Below, in pieces: positions 1-7,035 of a DNA stretch of 64,000 nucleotides. The notes beneath the pieces were generated by a model. The model saw only the letters and a program-made list of their open reading frames with translations. It did no database searches and had not been told where the DNA came from. Each line of letters begins with the position of its first letter. The first letter of the stretch is position 1. Location: positions 9,788-73,787 of the forward strand of contig CAZYPC010000008.1 in NCBI GenBank assembly GCA_964649165.1, read 5' to 3'. Source of the DNA: an uncultured Chryseobacterium sp. (GTDB taxonomy: Bacteria > Bacteroidota > Bacteroidia > Flavobacteriales_F > PHOS-HE28). A program made the translations under genes and the position numbers.

Positions 1-476
1 GTGATGTAGGTGGTGCCCGTTACGCGCACCTTGAAATGGATATGTACCGCACGGCCGGGATACCAGCCCGGATAGATGGTCTGAAACGTCGCCTGTCCGT
101 TCGCATCGGTGAACTGGATACCGCGCATGAAGGTCATGCCTGTAGTGTTCAGCCCGCCTAGCTGGCCCGTGTAGCCGCTGTACACGCCGTCTTTGTCGCA
201 ATGCCAGATGTCCACCATCACGTTGGGGATGGGGTTGCAGTTCTCATCCACCACGTTGATCACGCACTGCAATGGCGCACCCGCCCGGCCCTCGGTGATG
301 TTCTGCCGCACCAGGTTCGCGTTGAAGTAGTAAGGTCCCTCGGTCTCGCTCGGCGTCAGCCAGCAGGCCACGTCCTCCGGTCGTATCGGCTTCGGCGCGG
401 CCTTCAGTTTGTCCAAGGGGATCGCACAGGCGGCGCCGATGGCGGCCATGCCTTTGAGGAAGTCGGAGCGTTTCAT
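1..476 (-). CDS. intradiol ring-cleavage dioxygenase-like protein, N-terminal part (gene runs off the window start)
   Basis: My own translation of the minus strand from ATG (476..474) gives MKRSDFLKGMAAIGAACAIP (Tat-like KRSDFLK leader). It continues ...NVMVDIWHCDKDGVYSGY...YPGWYPGRAVHIHFKV, which is typical of the intradiol (protocatechuate/catechol) dioxygenase fold. It is absent from the ORF track because the window edge truncates it. Confidence 0.7.
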   Translation of the reverse strand, partial: MKRSDFLKGMAAIGAACAIPLDKLKAAPKPIRPEDVACWLTPSETEGPYYFNANLVRQNITEGRAGAPLQCVINVVDENCNPIPNVMVDIWHCDKDGVYSGYTGQLGGLNTTGMTFMRGIQFTDANGQATFQTIYPGWYPGRAVHIHFKVRVTGTTYI

Positions 477-785
477 GGGTGAAGTGCTGTGGCCGCAGGG
501 ATAAGGACAAGGATACCAGCCCGAAGGCTGCGCTCGGTCTGTTCGTCCGGCCTTTAGCCTTACAGCAACGCCAAGGTGGAAGGGCGTGTTCTCCCGGGTC
601 CGTCGTTTTCGACGGAAGGGACGAGTCGTTCGGTGAGGGCGAGCGAGGGGCGATGGAAGCTGGTCGAACCTGGTCCATTCACGCAAGGGCCCAGTGCCAC
701 GCGGTCGGGAACCGGGTGGAGTTGCAATCCCGTCATGAGACTCTCGCGAAGAACCCGAGGCTCGCTAGTCATACACGCCATGCGT

Positions 786-2261
786 TCAGAAGGGCGAATT
801 CAATGGCAGATCATTGAATCCATCAGGCGGCAATGGTGTGCCCTTCACCAAACTGTTCATCTGGGGCCATTGGAAGATACGCGCAGCATATTCAGCGCTG
901 AGCCGATCGAAGTCGCGTCGGAACGCCACATAAGCCCCGGTTCCGTGATAGAGCTTGACCATTGACTCGAAGTTCTCATGGAGCGCGGCGTTCGACATGT
1001 TGGGGCTTCCCATCCATACTTGCGCTCGTCGCGTGAAGGTGCCCTCGTACTCGTACTCACCGTCGATCAACACATACTTGGAATGTATGGCCACCTTGTC
1101 TCCTTCGTAAAAGATGCGCGCGATCATGAACAGTCGCAGCCGGTCCATAACCGACTCGATTCCGTCATCCCCTGCCAGCGTCGGATGTCGGGTAAGAATG
1201 CTGATCCGTGCACCAGCCCTGTGCAATCGCTCCAATTCGTCTATTACCCCAGTGCGTTCGTCACCCCAACGCGGCGTAACGATATGAATGTGGCATGGCG
1301 CTGATGAAGTGACGCGAACACGACCCAAGATGTTCTCAATCAGATCGCTTGATACCATGTTCGGCCTCGGGAACAGGTACAGCTTGCACAAAGCACCATC
1401 CTCAGTGACATCAACGCCCACATCCTCCTTTACAAGCGCCCGGATCAGGTCCTTCTTTTCCGCATAGTTCCCCCGTATTCCTTCTACCGTTGTTGCTGAC
1501 ACCTCTTCCTCCGTGGCAACATAGGCCCGTGCGATCTTCTTCCAGTGGTCCCGTATCACGAGCCCAAAGGCATCAGTTACCGGGACCAGGACCGCGCAAT
1601 TGCATTTGGATGCATCGGTACCGCTCGGATGGGATGTGGCGATATACAAGGCACTGGTGTATCCTGATGCAGGCTGACCGTAGATTATGCCCTTGATATC
1701 GTCGTCCTCCCGCAGTCTCCTCATCCGGGCGAGTACTCGTTGCGGATCGGTGCTTTCGAAATAGATGAACTTGTGATGGTTCCTGCGAAGGGCTGGCCGC
1801 ACCTTTCGAACTCCCCCGCCGTTCCTGTTGAACAAGCTCATGAGGTCGCTCAGATCACCGCCACCGGAGCATTCGAGACGAGGCTCATCCCCGTTGTCAT
1901 TCGGGTCGAAGTCGCCGCTCAACAGATGCACACGCAGTTCGCGAAGGTCCGCGAAGGCCTTGACCTTGCCCGCCAGGTCGCAGCGATACCAGCGGTAGAA
2001 AGAACCGAACAATGAAGAGCCCCTTTCCGCAGAACGCACACAGCTCACGACGAGCTCGTTCATGGTCTCGTCGGATGAATCCTCCTGCGGATAGGCGAAC
2101 GCACAGATGATGCTCATTATAGCGAGGGTTGTGTGCAGTATCCTGCTCCGACCCGTAATGATAACGCGATGTCTTTCTTTCTCATCGCCCCATGCACGCG
2201 CTCGCGTGTCGCGAGTGCGCATTGTTGTCTCTTCATTGTGAATGCTCCCTTGCTTGTTCAT
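786..2261 (-). CDS. phospholipase D (HKD) superfamily protein, two-lobed; nuclease or phospholipase, possibly exported
   Basis: 491-aa ORF with a canonical C-terminal HKD motif (IHSKYVLIDG ... GSPNMSNAAL) and a degenerate N-terminal copy (NHHKFIYFES). A basic stretch followed by the hydrophobic segment ILHTTLAIMSIICAFA resembles a signal peptide or anchor. Hand-counted lines give about 52% GC against the mid-60s nearby. An alternative ATG start lies at 2222. Confidence 0.8.
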   Translation of the reverse strand: MNKQGSIHNEETTMRTRDTRARAWGDEKERHRVIITGRSRILHTTLAIMSIICAFAYPQEDSSDETMNELVVSCVRSAERGSSLFGSFYRWYRCDLAGKVKAFADLRELRVHLLSGDFDPNDNGDEPRLECSGGGDLSDLMSLFNRNGGGVRKVRPALRRNHHKFIYFESTDPQRVLARMRRLREDDDIKGIIYGQPASGYTSALYIATSHPSGTDASKCNCAVLVPVTDAFGLVIRDHWKKIARAYVATEEEVSATTVEGIRGNYAEKKDLIRALVKEDVGVDVTEDGALCKLYLFPRPNMVSSDLIENILGRVRVTSSAPCHIHIVTPRWGDERTGVIDELERLHRAGARISILTRHPTLAGDDGIESVMDRLRLFMIARIFYEGDKVAIHSKYVLIDGEYEYEGTFTRRAQVWMGSPNMSNAALHENFESMVKLYHGTGAYVAFRRDFDRLSAEYAARIFQWPQMNSLVKGTPLPPDGFNDLPLNSPF

Positions 2262-2352
2262 ATCCGTTCAGTTCCACAACATTTTCCGGATATGGCGTTC
2301 AGAGATGTTTGAAAGATAACGACTAACGCACTCGCGACACGCGAGCGCGTGC
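2194..2352. repeat. perfect 26-bp inverted repeat (arms 2194..2219 and 2327..2352) enclosing a 107-bp AT-rich segment
   Basis: Read directly from the sequence: gcacgcgctcgcgtgtcgcgagtgcg and its exact reverse complement cgcactcgcgacacgcgagcgcgtgc. Each arm contains an internal palindrome (ctcgcg-tgt-cgcgag). The enclosed segment holds the ATG at 2261 of the PLD gene. Confidence 0.9.
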
Positions 2353-2546
2353 TGCAGTGTTCGGAGCGCATGTCCTCCGTGTACATGCTGGAGAACGGGG
2401 TGTGGAAGAGCATCGGCATGGTGAGCAAGGCGCGGTTCACCGCTGCCGGGCTCATCACCGACAAGCAGTACTCTTTCCGCGTGGCCGCCGTCGGCCGCAT
2501 CGGTGAGGGGCCTGTGAGCCAGGAGGTCACGGCGAAGGCCGCCTAA
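2313..2546 (+). pseudogene. 3' remnant of a fibronectin type III domain gene (truncated)
   Basis: The open frame begins just after a TGA at 2310..2312. It encodes ...ENGVWKSIGMVSKARFTAAGLITDKQYSFRVAAVGRIGEGPVSQEVTAKAA*, which matches the C-terminal strands of an FN3 domain (Y.FRV.A.n..G.G..S). There is no upstream coding continuation, and the frame opens inside the right arm of the inverted repeat. Confidence 0.55.
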
Positions 2547-2822
2547 CGCGCCAAGCGTTCCTCTCCACACCACACATGGCATCGCCCTCGGCTCCGCAAG
2601 GAACGGGGGGCGTGTCATTTTTCAGCCACCGATGTCGCCGATGGCACAGATGAACACCTGGCGTAATGGCTGACGGCACTTCCCTCCGACCGTCTGTGCC
2701 ATCCGCGTCATCGGCCGAAGAACCTTCGCCGAAAGTCATACCGCCACCATTCCCCCGTTGATATCGCACCAGCCGGTCCCGCTCCCACAGGTGGGCACGG
2801 TGGTTGTTTTGCCGGAACGAAC

Positions 2823-4202
2823 ATGCGCGTGGGCACGACCCTGTTGAGCATAGGTGCGGCGGTGATGGTGGCGGTGGCGCAACCGGAGGGCCCGCTGGAC
2901 AGTTTGCTGGCCACCTGGCCGGCCCGCGAGGCGCTGGCCCACTTGGGCGATCCGAAGGTGGTGAGCTGGGCGCCGCTGGATACCACGTTGAGCCGCACGC
3001 GCATGAGGTCCCTCGGAGCGGACCTGCCGATGTTCCAGGATGATGCGGTGGCGGACGCGATCCTGCTCTTCGGCGGCCCGCGCCGCAACGACACCGAGCT
3101 GCTACTCGGGATCGCGGCCCCTTGGATGGGGCTGATGGAGGCGGAACTACGCGAGGCGGGCCTGAGCACGGACCTGAAGTTCGTGCCGCTCGCCCTGAGC
3201 GCGATGAACCTCTCGGCCACCAGTGCGCACGGCGAGGCCGGCCCCTGGATGCTCACCTGGCCGGTGGCGGTGCGCTACGGCCTGCAGGTGACCGACACCA
3301 TCGACCAGCGCCATGACATGGTGCTGAGCACCACGGCCGCCGTGAGATACATGAAGGACCTGACGGCTCGCTTCGGCAAGGACGAGGCGTTGCTCGCATT
3401 CCTCTGCGGCCCGGCGAACCTCACGCGCGCGAAAGCGCGGAGCCCTGGCGCACGGGGCATCGCCGCCCTGTATCCGTACGTGGATGGCGCGGAACGCGAG
3501 CGCGTGCCGGCCTTCATGGCGCTGCGGTACCTGGCGCACTACGCGGAGCCCCTCGGTATCCGGCCGGTGGAAGTGGGAACCGTGCCCACCGATACGGTAC
3601 GTACGCGTCTGCCGGTGCGCGCGGACGCGTTCGCCCGCGTCATGGGCATCGATGCGCGCACGCTGGCCGAGCTCAACCCCGTGCTGGTGGGAACAACGCT
3701 GCCGGCCCATACCGTATTACGTGTACCCGGCGGTGGAGCGCAGCGCTACGCCCTCCTTGCGGACAGCATCGCGCGCGCTTCCACGACACCGACCACGCGC
3801 GATACCGCCGCAGCCCCTGGGCCGCTCACCATGGGCTATACCGTGGAGCCCGGCGACAACCTGGGCGCGATCGCGGAGGAGTATGGCGTTTCGGTGGCCG
3901 AACTGAAGGAATGGAACGAGCTGGAGGGGGATGGCATCCGGGCGGGTGCCGTGCTGCGCATCCGCGTGCCGGCGCCCGAGGTGGAAGCGCTGGAGCGCGA
4001 AAAGCCGAAACCGGCCCCGAAGACGGAGCCCAGGAAAAAGCCGGTGCCCACACGGTCGCGCATCTACGTGGTGAAAAAAGGTGACACCCTCAGCGCCATC
4101 GCCAAGCGCTATCCAGGGGTGAGCGTGAAGGCCATCATGCGCCACAACCACGTGGGCGAGAACATACGCGCCGGACAGAAGCTGGAGATACCGAAGCCTT
4201 GA
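2823..4202 (+). CDS. MltD-like membrane-bound lytic murein transglycosylase with two LysM domains
   Basis: 459 aa with an N-terminal signal-like segment and an SLT-like central region. Two C-terminal LysM repeats are present (YTVEPGDNLGAIAEEYGVSVAELKEWN and YVVKKGDTLSAIAKRYPGVSVKAIMRHN). It overlaps the next gene by 4 nt. Confidence 0.75.
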   Translation: MRVGTTLLSIGAAVMVAVAQPEGPLDSLLATWPAREALAHLGDPKVVSWAPLDTTLSRTRMRSLGADLPMFQDDAVADAILLFGGPRRNDTELLLGIAAPWMGLMEAELREAGLSTDLKFVPLALSAMNLSATSAHGEAGPWMLTWPVAVRYGLQVTDTIDQRHDMVLSTTAAVRYMKDLTARFGKDEALLAFLCGPANLTRAKARSPGARGIAALYPYVDGAERERVPAFMALRYLAHYAEPLGIRPVEVGTVPTDTVRTRLPVRADAFARVMGIDARTLAELNPVLVGTTLPAHTVLRVPGGGAQRYALLADSIARASTTPTTRDTAAAPGPLTMGYTVEPGDNLGAIAEEYGVSVAELKEWNELEGDGIRAGAVLRIRVPAPEVEALEREKPKPAPKTEPRKKPVPTRSRIYVVKKGDTLSAIAKRYPGVSVKAIMRHNHVGENIRAGQKLEIPKP

Positions 4203-5644
4203 TGAAACCCTGGCGAACGCTGCTCTTCCTGCTCTCGGTGATCGGCGTACTTGCCCTCATCGGCCGCGCGATGCCGGAGGGCGGCCTGACGCTCGGCGGC
4301 CTGACGCTCGAGTTCCCCGACCCACGCGGGATGCTGTACACCGCCCCGGAAGAGAAGGTGGACATCTCGGACATCATCGCCTTGGAAACAGACAGCCTGA
4401 ACGCTGACCGGGTCGACACGCTGGCGGTCGACACGCCGCGCGTGCCGGTGAAAGTCGCCCTCGCTTACCCGAACGACGATCCCGGCATGCTGCGGCCGGC
4501 GCTGGCCGCGCTTAGCAACGCAGCCAAAGGAGCACGTCCCGTGCGCGTGCTGCACTACGGCGATTCGCAGCTGGAGGGCGATCGTATCACGAGCTATCTC
4601 CGTAACAAGTTCCAGCTACGCTGGGGCGGCGGTGGCACCGGGTTGGTCCCCATCCTGGACGTAGGCCCTTCCTTCAGCGTTGACCGCGAACCCTCGGAGA
4701 ACTGGCGACGGTACAGCGTGATGGAACGCCAGAAGCCGGCTCTGACGCATGAGCGCTTCGGGGCCTTGTGGTCCTTCTGCCGCTATACGCCCGCCGTGGC
4801 GGATTCGCTCATCGTGGATTCCATCGCCCAGGAAGGCAGCATCCTCTTCCGCAAGGTGAAGCGCGCGTATGGACGTTCGCAGCAGTACAGCCGCTGTCGC
4901 GTGTTCTTCGGACACAACCGCCGGCCGCTCACCGTGGAACTGAGCGTGGATGGAGGCGTACCGGAATCCAAGGAGTACGAAGCAGGGACGGGTCTGCGCA
5001 TCGCCGACTTCGCCCTGGGCTCTCCATCCTCGGTGAAGCTCGCCTTCAAGGGCGCGGACAGTCCCGAAGTGTACGGTGTCTCTTTCGAAAGCACGAACGG
5101 CGTGGTGGTGGACAACATCGCCGCACGCGGTGCCGGCGGCACCGAACTGCGGAAGATCGACAAGGGGCTGCTGCGGGCGATGTATGATGCGCTGGACGTG
5201 AAACTCCTCATCCTGCAGTACGGCGGCAATGCCATCCCACACATCGAGAGCGCGGACGAGGCGGACGAATACGCCTCGTGGGTGGCCTCCCAGATCCTCG
5301 TGCTGAAGAAGCTCTGCCCCGATGCGCCGGTACTGTTCATCGGCCCGAGCGACATGAGCATCAAGGAAGGCACCACCTGGGTGACGCGGCCCTGGGTGGA
5401 GGAGACGAACACGGCGTTGAAGAAGCATGCGCTGGCGAACGGTGCGGCGTACTTCGACCTGTACACGGCGATGGGCGGTCGCAACTCCATGGTGAGCTGG
5501 GTGGAAGCGGACCCGCCGCTGGCCGCCCCCGACTACACGCACTTCAGCCCGCAGGGAGCGAGCAAGATGGCGGAGCTCTTCTGCACCGCCCTGTTCAATG
5601 ACCTGCAAGCGCTGACCCGATCCCAGCCGGAACATGTGGAATGA
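4199..5644 (+). CDS. SGNH/GDSL hydrolase family protein (candidate O-acetyltransferase or esterase)
   Basis: 481 aa with an N-terminal TM or signal segment and the block I motif VLHYGDSQLEGDRI. It is translationally overlapped with both neighbouring genes. Confidence 0.7.
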   Translation: MMKPWRTLLFLLSVIGVLALIGRAMPEGGLTLGGLTLEFPDPRGMLYTAPEEKVDISDIIALETDSLNADRVDTLAVDTPRVPVKVALAYPNDDPGMLRPALAALSNAAKGARPVRVLHYGDSQLEGDRITSYLRNKFQLRWGGGGTGLVPILDVGPSFSVDREPSENWRRYSVMERQKPALTHERFGALWSFCRYTPAVADSLIVDSIAQEGSILFRKVKRAYGRSQQYSRCRVFFGHNRRPLTVELSVDGGVPESKEYEAGTGLRIADFALGSPSSVKLAFKGADSPEVYGVSFESTNGVVVDNIAARGAGGTELRKIDKGLLRAMYDALDVKLLILQYGGNAIPHIESADEADEYASWVASQILVLKKLCPDAPVLFIGPSDMSIKEGTTWVTRPWVEETNTALKKHALANGAAYFDLYTAMGGRNSMVSWVEADPPLAAPDYTHFSPQGASKMAELFCTALFNDLQALTRSQPEHVE

Positions 5645-6920
5645 AGGACGCTTGATAACGTTACTTCGGTACCTGGCCTTCGAGCTCACGGCCTTGTTCG
5701 CCTGTGCGGTACTGGCCCAAAGTCCGAGCGACCCGCTCATCGTGCCGGACAATGACCTGGTGGACCTGTCGCGCAACCGCATCCAGCTCCCGGGCGACAG
5801 GAAGGCCTGGGACGGCTTCAACGACAAGCTGGACAAGCTCTTCTTCCAAGGCGAGGGCCAGGTGAACATCGTTCACATCGGCGGCTCGCACATCCAGGCG
5901 GACATGTGGACCGCCGAGCTGCGCGACCGCATCCAGCGCGTGGCGCCGGGCACACGCGCGGGACGCGGCTTCATCTTCCCGTACAACATGGCGGGCAGCA
6001 ACAATCCGTACTGGTACGAGCCCGTGTACACCGGCAAGTGGACGATGAGCAAGAACACCGTGCGCGCCGATACCAGCCAGTTGGGCCTCGCCGGCTATTC
6101 CGTTACCACGCGCGACCCTCAGACCTCGCTACGCATCTCCTTCCGGGGCGACCTGTACCCCGGCTACACGTTCACCCGCGCGACCGTACTGCACGGCCGC
6201 GACAGCAGCTTCGTGGTGAGCGCCCTGTGCAACGATACCGATGTAGTGGTGACCTATGCGACCGACGTGGCGCGGGGCCTCACGGTCTTCGAGTTCAGCA
6301 AGCCCGTGGATACCCTGAACCTCCGCTTCGAGCAGACCGATACCCTCACCCAGCGGTCGTTCACCCTGCGCGGCATCGACCTGGCCAGCGACGATCCGGG
6401 GATTTACTACCATGCCTCCGGTGTGAACGGCGCGGCCACATGGAGCTGGCTGCGCTGCCAACGTTTGGAGGAGGAGCTCGCCCTGCTGAAGCCCGACCTC
6501 GTGGTCTTCTCCATCGGCATCAACGACGCGCACGATCCCGACTTCTGCGCATCCTGCTACGAGAAGAACTACGAAAAGCTCATCGCGCACGTGCGCAACG
6601 TGAACCCGGATGCCGCCATCCTGCTCGTGACGAACAGCGACAGCTATCGCAAGCGGCGGTACCCCGTGCGCAACGCGGACGATGTGCGCGATGTGATGAT
6701 GCGGCTCGCTGCGAAGCATGGAACCGGCGTGTGGGACCTCTATGGCGTGATGGGTGGGCAGGGCTCGATACGCCTCTGGCAGCGGCAGGGCCTGGCCAAG
6801 CGCGACCTCATCCACTTCACGCGGCAGGGCTACACGATGGTGGGCGACCTGATGTTCACCGCGATCATGAAGGAATACGGGGAGCACCTGAAAGGGGCAT
6901 CATTGACGAAACCGGAATGA
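5634..6920 (+). CDS. SGNH hydrolase family protein (second copy)
   Basis: 428 aa with a signal-like N-terminus. Motifs: VHIGGSHIQADMW (block I), VVFSIGINDAHD (GxND), and DLIHFTRQGY (DxxH). Confidence 0.7.
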   Translation: MWNEGRLITLLRYLAFELTALFACAVLAQSPSDPLIVPDNDLVDLSRNRIQLPGDRKAWDGFNDKLDKLFFQGEGQVNIVHIGGSHIQADMWTAELRDRIQRVAPGTRAGRGFIFPYNMAGSNNPYWYEPVYTGKWTMSKNTVRADTSQLGLAGYSVTTRDPQTSLRISFRGDLYPGYTFTRATVLHGRDSSFVVSALCNDTDVVVTYATDVARGLTVFEFSKPVDTLNLRFEQTDTLTQRSFTLRGIDLASDDPGIYYHASGVNGAATWSWLRCQRLEEELALLKPDLVVFSIGINDAHDPDFCASCYEKNYEKLIAHVRNVNPDAAILLVTNSDSYRKRRYPVRNADDVRDVMMRLAAKHGTGVWDLYGVMGGQGSIRLWQRQGLAKRDLIHFTRQGYTMVGDLMFTAIMKEYGEHLKGASLTKPE

Positions 6921-6938
6921 TGACGATGCCAGTGATGA

Positions 6939-7010
6939 GTGGAAAGTGGAAAGTGGTAAGTGCCGCTCGCGATGGTCGGCACTTACCACTCTCTACTTTC
7001 CACTTTCCAC
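6939..7010 (+). repeat. intergenic word-doubled hairpin (27 bp of stem, 7-nt bulge, 11-nt loop)
   Basis: The left arm is gtggaaagtggaaagtggtaagtgccg (6939..6965). The right arm (6977..7010) pairs as 14 bp plus 13 bp, with the bulge ctctact at 6991..6997. It lies between the SGNH stop (6920) and the MBOAT start (7036). Confidence 0.85.
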
Positions 7011-7035
7011 GCCGAACCGAGCGTAAGCGCTGCCC

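Noticed and set aside
681-703. Sigma-54-like element on the minus strand (TGGCAC tgggccc TTGC), about 200 nt upstream of the dioxygenase start.
   Set aside because: The spacer between TGGCAC and TTGC is 7 nt rather than the canonical 5 nt. Sigma-54 promoters do not tolerate this spacing change.
690-745. A stretch resembling part of a cobalamin riboswitch core (GGGAACCGGGTGGAGTTGCAATCCCG, with a GGCACTG on the opposite strand).
   Set aside because: The B12-box-like element is on the wrong strand and in the wrong order. No downstream gene lies in the orientation of the GGGAA...AATCC part. The remaining conserved segments are absent.
6939-7010. Short tandem words (gtggaaagtggaaag and similar) as a possible CRISPR or microsatellite.
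   Set aside because: There are only two copies per arm, with no spacers and no array. The repeats are the arms of a hairpin.
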